NCBI GenBank assembly: GCA_039801565.1
Contig: JBDRUX010000045.1
Coordinates: forward strand, 1 to 19,082
Direction of reading: 5' to 3'
DNA length: 19,082 nucleotides
DNA from: a candidate division WOR-3 bacterium
GTDB lineage: Bacteria > Hydrothermota > Tepidihabitantia > Tepidihabitantales > JAOUPE01
Shown: positions 7,604 through 15,481 of the stretch, piece by piece
How the letters are laid out: every line of letters starts with the position of its first letter
Position numbering within the stretch: position 1 is the stretch's first letter
The notes under the pieces: model-generated
The model's database searches: none
The model's input: the letters and a program-made list of their open reading frames with translations, nothing else
What the model was told of the DNA's origin: nothing
Translations under genes and position numbers: made by a program

Positions 7604-8493
7604 CGGTACCTTCGGGCTCTTGCCTGAAAGAACTTATGGAGTTTACTTGAGAAGTCTTCAGAAGTTTTAAGGTCAATATGGTCAATCCCTAAGGAGTTAA
7701 ACAGTCTTTTCCGCTCTTCATATTTTTGTCGCCAATAAAGATGAAAACGCTCACGCAGACCTTTATCTCGAGTATCAACCGTTAAAATCTCACCGGTCTC
7801 AGCGTCTTCTAATTCGACCAGACCGAGATTGGGCAGATTTTCTTCAGCGGGGTCATTGATGGTTAACACCACCAAGTCATGCCTTTTTGCTGCCACGCCC
7901 AAAGGGATTCTTAACTTAGCGGGCTCGAATCCATCGCCAATAAAATCACTAATCAAGAAGACAATTGCCCGGCGTTTTAAGATATGCATTAAGAACTCTA
8001 AGGCTAAAATCGGATTAGTACCTTTATGAGTTGGTTCAAAATAGAGGATATCCCGAATTAACCGCAAGACATGGAATCTACCTTTTCGGGGTGGCACAAA
8101 TTTTTCGACCCTATCGGTAAAGAAGAGAAGTCCAACTTTATCGTTATTTCTAATTGCAGAAAAGGCTAAGGTTCCGGCAATCGTGGCGGCTTGTTCTAAC
8201 TTAAGTTGACGCCTGGTACCAAATCTTGCAGAACCTGAGGCGTCAACGACGAGAATAACTAAAAGTTCTCGTTCTTCCGCATATTTTTTCACATACGGTT
8301 TGCCAAAGCGCGCGGTCACTTTCCAGTCAATGGTCCGAACATCATCGCCAGGTAAATATTCCCGGACATCAAGGAATTCAATTCCCCGCCCTTTGAAGGA
8401 AGATTTATAATCTCCGGCAAAGAGTGTATTAACCAGATGCTTAGTTCGAATCTCAATCTCTTGGATTTTCCTTAAAAACTCAGCCGATAACAT
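7600..8493 (-). CDS. DUF58 domain-containing protein (MoxR-associated, vWA-like)
   Basis: GDYKSSFKGRGIEFLDVREYLPGDDVRTIDWKVTAR, EEREL, DASGS, FLISDF; directly downstream of MoxR. Confidence 0.95.
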   Translation of the reverse strand: MLSAEFLRKIQEIEIRTKHLVNTLFAGDYKSSFKGRGIEFLDVREYLPGDDVRTIDWKVTARFGKPYVKKYAEERELLVILVVDASGSARFGTRRQLKLEQAATIAGTLAFSAIRNNDKVGLLFFTDRVEKFVPPRKGRFHVLRLIRDILYFEPTHKGTNPILALEFLMHILKRRAIVFLISDFIGDGFEPAKLRIPLGVAAKRHDLVVLTINDPAEENLPNLGLVELEDAETGEILTVDTRDKGLRERFHLYWRQKYEERKRLFNSLGIDHIDLKTSEDFSSKLHKFFQARARRYR

Positions 8494-8496
8494 CGT

Positions 8497-8540
8497 GAAC
8501 CATTCAAACTACTTGAACTTTTGAACGATTTAAACCATAT
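8497..8540. repeat. Degenerate ~9-nt tandem repeat filling the moxR-DUF58 spacer
   Basis: GAACCATTC AAACTACTT GAACTTTT GAACGATTT AAACCATAT. Confidence 0.65.
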
Positions 8541-8553
8541 TCGAGTTAAATTC

Positions 8554-9552
8554 TTATGGCACTTCGATACCTTCAAGGATTTTTTTGATTATCTCATCGG
8601 TTGTAATCTCTTCGGCTTCTGCCTCATAAGTCAGGATAATCCGATGGCGCAATACATCCGGTGCCAACTCTTTGATATCTTCCGGGATAACAAAACCGCG
8701 GCGGCGCAAGAAAGCCATCGCCCGGGCAGTAGTGGTAAGATAGATTGAAGCACGAGGTGAAGCACCATAACGAATCAAACCTTTTAAATCCTTTAGTCCG
8801 TATTCTTCCGGGAAACGAGTGGCAAAGACAATATTGAGAATATAGTCTTTAATCTTCGGATCCACATAGATACTATTGCATAACTCGCGGGCTTTGATGA
8901 TTGCCTCAGGTTTAACCGCTGGGCTAGCCTTTGGTTCATTGCCACTTGCCATCCGCTCAATAATTTCCAACTCTTCATTCTTTGCCGGATAAGTAATCTT
9001 CAATTTCAATAAGAATCGGTCAACTTGGGCTTCGGGTAAGGGATAAGTTCCTTCCTGTTCGATTGGGTTCTGAGTGGCTAAAACTAAGAACGGATCATCT
9101 AATTTAAAGGTCTCTTCGCCAATCGTAACCTGTCGTTCCTGCATCGCTTCTAACAAGGCGCTTTGGACCTTAGGTGGTGCTCGGTTAATCTCGTCGGCTA
9201 AAATCAGATTGGCAAAGATTGGTCCTTTACGTGGGGTAAATTCACCAGTTCTTTGATTATAGACCATCGTACCAATAATATCAGCGGGTAACAAATCCGG
9301 TGTGAACTGGATTCTTTGGAATTTGGTTGTGATGGCGCTGGCTAAAGTCTTCACTGCATAGGTCTTTGCGAGTCCTGGTACACCTTCAATCAGAATATGA
9401 CCATTGGCAAATAGTCCAATTAACAATCGTTCAATTAAATACTTCTGTCCAACTATCACCTTATTCACTTCATTGGTGATGGCCTGGACAATTAGGCTTT
9501 CTTTTTCGATTGCTTGATGAATTCTTTCGATTTCGTCTTTCACTACCGCCAT
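8554..9552 (-). CDS. moxR: MoxR family AAA+ ATPase
   Basis: Walker A variant EGVPGLAKT, RIQFTPDLLPADI, Walker B LADEINRAPPKVQSALLEAMQE, ATQNPIEQEGTYPLPEAQVDRF, GASPRA, VLRHR; SD AAGGAG. Confidence 0.97.
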   Translation of the reverse strand: MAVVKDEIERIHQAIEKESLIVQAITNEVNKVIVGQKYLIERLLIGLFANGHILIEGVPGLAKTYAVKTLASAITTKFQRIQFTPDLLPADIIGTMVYNQRTGEFTPRKGPIFANLILADEINRAPPKVQSALLEAMQERQVTIGEETFKLDDPFLVLATQNPIEQEGTYPLPEAQVDRFLLKLKITYPAKNEELEIIERMASGNEPKASPAVKPEAIIKARELCNSIYVDPKIKDYILNIVFATRFPEEYGLKDLKGLIRYGASPRASIYLTTTARAMAFLRRRGFVIPEDIKELAPDVLRHRIILTYEAEAEEITTDEIIKKILEGIEVP

Positions 9553-9599
9553 TTATCACTCCTTTTTAAGGTTATTATTGAGTATATTGCAATTTTTCT

Positions 9600-9674
9600 T
9601 TTGCCACAGGGTCACTGAGAAGAAAGGTTCTCAGTATCTTTGGTTTTCTGTGGCAAACCTCTTTTAAAAGAGGT
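9600..9674. repeat. Nested inverted repeat plus adjacent perfect 18-bp palindrome in the moxR leader
   Basis: TTTGCCACAG (9600-9609) / CTGTGGCAAA (9648-9657) enclosing ACTGAGAA (9614-9621) / TTCTCAGT (9628-9635); then ACCTCTTTTAAAAGAGGT (9657-9674). Confidence 0.8.
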
Positions 9675-9690
9675 AATAATTTAGCTTATT

Positions 9691-9718
9691 ATTTTATAGA
9701 CGCAAAAAAAACAGTCAA
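9691..9718 (-). promoter_or_regulatory. Sigma70-type promoter of the moxR-bat operon
   Basis: Minus strand TTGACT-N16-TAAAAT. Confidence 0.6.
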
Positions 9719-9838
9719 GTTTCAAAAATCGTTTCGTCGGGAGCATTTCACTATGTACCAGTCTTTTGAGTTAAGCGTTTGACTGAATTGGTCAATACAA
9801 TTTGGATAAGAGGTCTGCGACGAAATCACTCGCAAAAG

Positions 9839-9930
9839 CGGAGAGGGCGGGATTCGAACCCGCGTTCCCGATTTTAGTCGGGAAACACGATTTCCAGTCG
9901 TGCTCCTTAGGCCAACTCGGACACCTCTCC
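9839..9930 (-). tRNA. tRNA-Ser (anticodon GGA), CCA not encoded
   Basis: Acceptor stem GGAGAGG/CCTCTCC with discriminator G; anticodon arm CACGA-CTGGAAA-TCGTG; long variable arm TTCCCGA-CTAAAA-TCGGGAA; T-arm GCGGG-TTCGAAT-CCCGC. Confidence 0.97.
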
Positions 9931-9950
9931 AAACGGTTGGAGGACGAATA

Positions 9951-9979
9951 ATCTTACCGGTATCCAAACTGATTGTCAA
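9951..9979 (-). promoter_or_regulatory. Sigma70-type promoter of tRNA-Ser
   Basis: Minus strand TTGACA-N17-TAAGAT, 20 nt upstream of tRNA G1. Confidence 0.75.
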
Positions 9980-10150
9980 TCAGGTAGAGTTGGAATTCGG
10001 ATTTTTAATACTTTGGCCCTCATCCCAACACAGCATAAATCGGCTGTACTAGCTATGGATTGATTTTAAGACTCACTAGTATTGCTATTTAAAAACCCGC
10101 AAATTGGATCTATTCGAAATGGATTTAGAAAACTGACATCATAACAAAAA

Positions 10151-11045
10151 GGCTTTTAACCAAATAGACGGAGAAAGAGATGGTTATATTGGAAAGGCAT
10201 CGGCGAAATCTTCATAATGCAATGAGAGGATTCGCCAATGTTGAATAATCGTATCACCCAAGTCAGACAAGAAGAGATATCCGTTCTTGAGACAATCCAT
10301 CTCGACCAAGAAATCTTAATAAGAATCCAAAAACTAACCCGTTACGAAATCTGTCCCAACTGCACTTACCCTGCTAACCGAATTTACCAAATCATCCAAG
10401 AAAAATCCAAAAACCCACCACTCCAAAACAAAAAGACACCCCGCATCTTCAAACGAAGGTTTTGACTGACTTTATCGCCATAAACCCAACACCCGAAAAC
10501 TTTAAAAGTATTGCTAAATACAGCTGTCGAACAAACGCTTCGAAAGAGACTATCTGCCAAAAAGAGGGAAGATTACTTCAATCTCACTTAAAGATTGGAG
10601 CCGCGCCTCGGGGATAAAATATACTAAGAAGGTTCTGGTATCGAATGGCTAATCAATAATTTAATAAGACCCTCCGAACAATGGGTGTTGGTGCGTTGCC
10701 AAAGAACATCTTTGTGCTACAGTTCTCACCGACCGACTTGACCGACACTGTTTTTTGATACTATTGCCGGCCGTGACTGAAAAGGATTAAAAGGAACGAT
10801 TGGAACGAATTCCAGTAGAGGATAGGTTAAACTGTTCGGTGATTGATTTATGGCAACCATTTATGCAATTACGAAAGGCTATTATAGAGCCAATATTGTT
10901 ACGGATAAGTTCTATGTGATAAGATTAGCTTTGGTGATAGTAGTGAGATAAAAAGCTATGCTTAGAAGTGAAGGCAGAAATTAGATTGGTATGAGGCAAA
11001 GGATTGAAGCGATACCTCAAAGGATTTTCCAAACGGTCAAGAACC
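10151..11045 (+). mobile_element. Degenerate, internally deleted ISL3-family insertion sequence remnant
   Basis: Contains transposase fragments (next feature); candidate imperfect terminal IRs GGCTTTTAACCAAATAGA (10151-10168) vs reverse complement of 11028-11045 GGTTCTTGACCGTTTGGA (11/18 match). No target duplication visible, so the boundaries are tentative. Confidence 0.6.
10238..10951 (+). pseudogene. ISL3-family transposase pseudogene (multiple frameshifts and stops, C-terminal part missing)
   Basis: Collinear fragments in different frames: CPNC (10352) and KRRF of the zinc-finger region; RTMGVG then KEHLCATVLTD (~10675-10733); FDTIAGRD (~10755); VIDLWQPF (10839); ANIVTDKFYVIRL (10889), matching the ISL3 DMWxPY ... 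AxIVxDxFHV signature. Confidence 0.82.
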
Positions 11046-11158
11046 AACCTCTTTTTAACCCTTCGGGCTTTTTTTCTTCGGATTACTTCGGTGTGTTCAG
11101 TAGCTGATTTTAGACAACATCCAAAAGGTTAATGGGAAGGTTAGAATTAAAATGGTTT

Positions 11159-12235
11159 TTAGAAGTTTTTTAAGAATCTTTTGCCCGGTAATTGTTTAAC
11201 CAATCCTTTAATTTCTAATTCTAAAAGGATTGTTAGTAGCGAGGTTATTTCCATATTGGTCAATTCGGCAATCTTATCAATGTGAAGTGGTTCGGTCTCA
11301 ATTACCTCAAGTAGTTGTTTTTCGGTCTCTGAAATTTCTGGGACAGGTTTTTGTTTTTGCTTTTTAGCAATTTCCAAATCGGCTAAAATGTCTTCAACTG
11401 AAGTTACTGGCTTTGCACCCTCTTTAATCAATTGATTGGTTCCCTCACAGGTCTTGGCACGAATATCACCCGGCACAACATAAACTTCTCTTCCTTGATT
11501 TACTGCCCATTGCACAGTGTTCAATACTCCCGAACTCTTTCGGGCTTCAATCGCCAGAACTGCCAATGATAAGCCACTAATCAGCCGGTTCCTTTTTGGG
11601 AAATTATATGCCCAGGGTGGCGTGCCAAAGTTGAATTCAGTCACTACTGCACCACTTTCGGCAATATCGGCATAGAGTTTTCGATTCTCTGGTGGGTAGT
11701 AAATGTCAATACCACAACCTAACACTCCTATCGTTCTCCCTTTAGCCTTGAGTGCCGCCTCGTGAGCTATGGTATCAATTCCTCTTGCTAACCCACTGAC
11801 AATTGTTATACCACAATTGGCTAATTCGTAAGCGAATTTTTCGGCAATCTGTTTGCCATAGTTGGTGGCGCTGCGCGTACCGATAACAGCTATAGCTTTG
11901 CTATCCGCTGGAGTAAATTCCCCTCGGACAAAAAGAACTGGAGGAAAATCATTAATCGTCATTAAATTTTTCGGATAATCCGCATCTAGGAACGAAACCG
12001 TCTTGATATTGAGCCGTTCACCAATCAGCAATTTTTTGTTTACCTGGTCACTCCGGCGATAATTTTTGATTGCTAAAGCCAAATCCGAATCAATACCGTC
12101 AACCTCGAGTAAATCTCTTATTTCAGCTGCAAAAATCTTATCCGGGGTCATAAACTTCTGTAATAAATTTCTCAATTTCGTGTCGGTCAGCTTTGGAATA
12201 CTCAATAAATCAATGAATAATGGATTAAGCCCCAA
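11159..12235 (-). CDS. dprA: DNA-processing protein DprA (Smf)
   Basis: YPKNL...PPVLFVRG, IAVIGTRSATNYG, IVSGLARGIDTIAH, GCGIDIYYPPEN, FPKRNRLISGLS, GTNQLIKEGA, C-terminal winged helix (LLELEIKGLVKQLPG); TTG start overlapping obgE. Confidence 0.96.
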   Translation of the reverse strand: MGLNPLFIDLLSIPKLTDTKLRNLLQKFMTPDKIFAAEIRDLLEVDGIDSDLALAIKNYRRSDQVNKKLLIGERLNIKTVSFLDADYPKNLMTINDFPPVLFVRGEFTPADSKAIAVIGTRSATNYGKQIAEKFAYELANCGITIVSGLARGIDTIAHEAALKAKGRTIGVLGCGIDIYYPPENRKLYADIAESGAVVTEFNFGTPPWAYNFPKRNRLISGLSLAVLAIEARKSSGVLNTVQWAVNQGREVYVVPGDIRAKTCEGTNQLIKEGAKPVTSVEDILADLEIAKKQKQKPVPEISETEKQLLEVIETEPLHIDKIAELTNMEITSLLTILLELEIKGLVKQLPGKRFLKNF

Positions 12236-13187
12236 GATGCTCCTTTAATGCCTCCAGAAATTTTGCTATCCCTTCGCCAGTTAAGGCTGATATGTAATAA
12301 GTTGGTATCGCTAACGGAAAATGGATTTTAGTAGTGACCAAATCAATTTTATTGAAGACCAAAATCTGTTTCTTTTTAAGAATTTCAGGATTATAAGAAG
12401 CAATTTCATTAAGCAGGGTCTTAAAATCAGCCAATGGGTTTGGGCGACTAATGTCAACCAAAAACACTAATAAGCCGGCTCGTTCAATATGACGCAAGAA
12501 AGTCAACCCCAACCCCTTGCCTTTATGGGCACCTTCGACAATTCCTGGTAAATCCGCCACGGTGTACTTAAAATATTGGTCTTTTATTGTCCCTAAGTTT
12601 GGCGTAAGAGTAGTAAAAGGGTAAGGTGCGATTTTGGGTATCGCAGCGGTGATTCGCTTTAAAAGCGTCGATTTGCCAGCATTGGGCAGACCAACTAAAC
12701 CGACATCTGCCAATAGCCTTAAAACTAATTTCAATTTTCTTTTTTCCCCGGGTTTACCTAATTCCCGAATTCGAGGTGCGGTATTAGTGGAAGTCTTGAA
12801 ATGAGCGTTCCCCCTACCACCGCTACCACCTCTTGCCACCAAAAGGGTCTTGTTTGCCTCAATGATTTCGCCTAAATATTGATTGGTTTTAGCATCGTAG
12901 ACATCGGTGCCGAGTGGAACTGGTATAAAGCAATCAGTACCCTTTGCGCCATGTCGGTTTTTACCCATTCCGTGTGCGCCCCTTCCTGCCCGGTAGTGGC
13001 GCCGATAAGCCAAATCAGCCAAGGTTTCAAGTTTGGCATCACCAATTAAATAGACAGAACCGCCATCACCACCATCACCGCCATCCGGTCCGCCTTTCGG
13101 TACAAATTTTTCGCGACGGAAAGAGATACAGCCATTACCGCCATTGCCGGCAGTAACTTCAATTATCGCTTCGTCAACAAACTTCAC
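12225..13187 (-). CDS. obgE: Obg family GTPase ObgE/CgtA (short form without a C-terminal extension)
   Basis: FVDEA...GNGGNGCISFRREKFVPKGGPDGGDGG Obg fold; G1 GLPNAGKS, YPFTTLTPNLG, DLPG, NKID, SAL. Confidence 0.97.
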   Translation of the reverse strand: MKFVDEAIIEVTAGNGGNGCISFRREKFVPKGGPDGGDGGDGGSVYLIGDAKLETLADLAYRRHYRAGRGAHGMGKNRHGAKGTDCFIPVPLGTDVYDAKTNQYLGEIIEANKTLLVARGGSGGRGNAHFKTSTNTAPRIRELGKPGEKRKLKLVLRLLADVGLVGLPNAGKSTLLKRITAAIPKIAPYPFTTLTPNLGTIKDQYFKYTVADLPGIVEGAHKGKGLGLTFLRHIERAGLLVFLVDISRPNPLADFKTLLNEIASYNPEILKKKQILVFNKIDLVTTKIHFPLAIPTYYISALTGEGIAKFLEALKEHLGA

Positions 13188-13672
13188 GAAGTGCGATTAG
13201 CAAATTTTCGTTTTAAGGCTTGTGCCACTGGTTTCGGCACAAAACAGGAAATCTTACCACCTAAAGCAGCAATCTCTTTCACTAACGAAGCGCTCAAATA
13301 AAAATATTTCGCCGAGGGCATAAAGAAAATTGTCTCGATTTCAGGGGCGAGTTTTCGATTGGTCACAACCATCTGAAATTCGTAGTCAAAGTCAACCACT
13401 GCCCGAATCCCACGAATGATTGTACACGCCCTCTGTTCGCGAACAAAGTCAATCAAGAGATTACTGAACCCAATAACCTCGACATTTTTCTGGTTTGCCA
13501 AAGCCTTTTTTGCTAAATTCACTCTTTCTTCTAAACTGAAGATAGGTTTTTTTTGCTCCCGCCTGGCAACCGCCACGATGATTTTATCAAATAATTTGCT
13601 CGCCCGACGCACAATGTCAATGTGACCATTAGTGATTGGGTCAAAACTACCCGGATAGACCGCAATTTTCAT
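13184..13672 (-). CDS. coaD: Pantetheine-phosphate adenylyltransferase
   Basis: AVYPGSFDPITNGHIDI, IIRGIRAVVDFDYEFQM, LSASLVKEIAALGG; SD AAGGAGG. Confidence 0.97.
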   Translation of the reverse strand: MKIAVYPGSFDPITNGHIDIVRRASKLFDKIIVAVARREQKKPIFSLEERVNLAKKALANQKNVEVIGFSNLLIDFVREQRACTIIRGIRAVVDFDYEFQMVVTNRKLAPEIETIFFMPSAKYFYLSASLVKEIAALGGKISCFVPKPVAQALKRKFANRTS

Positions 13673-14198
13673 CTTGCCTCCTTATGATTGAAATTAAATT
13701 ATCCCCATATCTTTTTTGCTTGACAATTATCAGTCCTTCAGGTAAGGCAATTGCTTCTTTCTTGTGATACTGCAAGACGATGACGCCGTTGGGGGCTAAG
13801 ATCTTACTTTTGACAACCTTTTTGATAAACTGATTGATTAGACCTTTCTCGTAAGGTGGGTCAGCAATTATGATATCAAATTGCTGGTTGATGGTTTTAA
13901 TTTTGTTCAAGCCATCCCCTTCAACGATAAACGCACCGGGCAAATTCCCCAGATTTTGACGGAGATAACGTAGTGCTAATTTTGATTTTTCAAAAAAATA
14001 GACTAATTTTGCCCCTCGGGAAAGTGCTTCAATTCCCAATGAGCCGGCGCCACAAAAAAAATCCGCAACTCTGGCTTGAATAATTTTGGGAGCAAGGATG
14101 TTAAAGATTGCGCCTCGAATCAATTCGGTCGTCGGTCGGATTTTATTTTTCGGATAACGGAGCAATTTGCCTTTCAGCGTACCAGCTAAAATCCGCAC
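13647..14198 (-). CDS. rsmD: 16S rRNA (guanine966-N2)-methyltransferase RsmD
   Basis: MRILAGTLKG, RPTT, DFFCGAGSLGIEALSRGA, ADPPY, KRYG; the usual position upstream of coaD. Confidence 0.95.
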   Translation of the reverse strand: MRILAGTLKGKLLRYPKNKIRPTTELIRGAIFNILAPKIIQARVADFFCGAGSLGIEALSRGAKLVYFFEKSKLALRYLRQNLGNLPGAFIVEGDGLNKIKTINQQFDIIIADPPYEKGLINQFIKKVVKSKILAPNGVIVLQYHKKEAIALPEGLIIVKQKRYGDNLISIIRRQDENCGLSG

Positions 14199-14204
14199 AC
14201 TTTC

Positions 14205-14232
14205 AATATAAAACGAATTTAACCAAAGTCAA
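14205..14232 (-). promoter_or_regulatory. Promoter of rsmD operon (probably leaderless)
   Basis: Minus strand TTGACT-N16-TATATT, only 6 nt before the GTG at 14198; no SD. Confidence 0.65.
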
Positions 14233-14369
14233 GCACCGATGAATAGTCCCTTTAGCAAACACTGCCGAATCTCACAAAGGAAAGCAAATAACTCGAATTT
14301 CCTCTTGATAAATTCACTTTATATTTGTTATGCATTCGCACTTTTGATTCGAAAGGTTTGCCTTTAGCC

Positions 14370-14397
14370 TTGACAGTCACGGATAATTAATTATATT
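14370..14397 (+). promoter_or_regulatory. Promoter of cdaR (probably leaderless)
   Basis: TTGACA-N16-TATATT, 7 nt before the in-frame GTG at 14405; no SD. Confidence 0.65.
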
Positions 14398-14404
14398 GAT
14401 AGCA

Positions 14405-15316
14405 GTGAAAGGTTTTCTACAACTTATTTTTAAGGATCTTTATCTCAAAATCTTGGCGCTAATAATTGCTATCCTCATCTATTTTAATGCGGTGATGGAA
14501 CGAACCGTAACGATGACACTTAAGATTCCAATTGTAACTATTAACTTAGCTGAGGGCCAAGTCGTTGCCGACAAAAATACCGACCGAGCATTATTGACAA
14601 TTCAGGGTAAGGGAAAAGATTTTATCGGATTAAATCCGAAGCGCTACCAATTCCAATTGGATTTAAGCAATACCAAAATTGGTGTCAGGAAAATAAAACT
14701 CATCCCTGAAGAGTTGGGCTTACCACCAGCACTTAATTTAAAATCAATTGACCCAGAATATGTCGAATTGACGATTGACCGCCTAAGTAAAAAACCGGTA
14801 ACGGTTTCCATACCATTCAAAGGCAATTTGGATAAAGGACTGGCGCTGGTCAACATCACACCGAAATCGGATATCTCCCTAATTGGACCAAAAGAGGATA
14901 TCACCTTTATTTCAGTGTTGAACACGGAATCATTGAATTTAGCCGAGGTTAAAGAATCGAAGGATGTAAAATTAAAAGTTATACCACCAACGGGCGAGAA
15001 TTTTCGTGTCGAGCCGGATTCGGTCGAAGTGTCAATCCAAATCGAAAAAGAGACTGCCCGCATCTTTTTAGGAATTCCCTTAGCAATTGAGGGTTTACAA
15101 GGCAGATTGGTCGAACTAAAACCAGCCGAAGCTCAAATCGCTGTCGCCGGACCGGAAAGTAAACTTAAAAACTTAAAACCTTGGGAAATAAAAGCCAAAC
15201 TTAACCTCGCTGGACTCACTGCTGGGACTCACCAAGTCCGAGCCGAAATAACTTTGCCGACCGGGATTTCATTGGTCAAATGCGAGCCGGCTTTCTTTCA
15301 AGTGAAGATTCGGTAA
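14405..15316 (+). CDS. cdaR: CdaR / YbbR-like domain protein
   Basis: N-terminal TM (KDLYLKILALIIAILIYF) followed by about three YbbR-like repeats (TIQGKG..LDLS, SIDPEYVELTID, ISLIGP, VEPDSVEVSI, IAVAGP..LNLAGL..G). The ORF track start 14396 (TTG) overlaps the -10 box, so GTG 14405 is preferred. Confidence 0.85.
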   Translation: MKGFLQLIFKDLYLKILALIIAILIYFNAVMERTVTMTLKIPIVTINLAEGQVVADKNTDRALLTIQGKGKDFIGLNPKRYQFQLDLSNTKIGVRKIKLIPEELGLPPALNLKSIDPEYVELTIDRLSKKPVTVSIPFKGNLDKGLALVNITPKSDISLIGPKEDITFISVLNTESLNLAEVKESKDVKLKVIPPTGENFRVEPDSVEVSIQIEKETARIFLGIPLAIEGLQGRLVELKPAEAQIAVAGPESKLKNLKPWEIKAKLNLAGLTAGTHQVRAEITLPTGISLVKCEPAFFQVKIR

Positions 15317-15481
15317 AATTAAAATGCGGACAGTTACTCTTGACTACTATTTTGCGTCGCCGAAGCATTTTAATCTAACGTGTTTTTAAATGCCCTCCTA
15401 TTTCTTTTTCGTCATCGAATCTTGTGAATTATTCGAATTTAAAAATTTAGAATATCGGCCATTGGTTTTACTCAACTCCTG

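Noticed and set aside
2765..9256. Plus-strand ORFs antisense to the Bat operon (2765, 3859, 3873, 4797, 5228, 5589, 5845, 6570, 6575, 7152, 7829, 8521, 9074) and the alternate-frame ORF 8793..8978
   Set aside because: Shadow ORFs overlapping well-supported genes. The Cys-rich 3859..4122 is simply the reverse complement of the Gln/Lys-rich BatC linker.
9839..9930. Selenocysteine or suppressor tRNA because of the long variable arm
   Set aside because: The anticodon is GGA, the acceptor stem is 7 bp, and a long variable arm is normal for tRNA-Ser.
9722..9979. 85-aa ORF
   Set aside because: Overlaps tRNA-Ser and starts within its -35 box; spurious.
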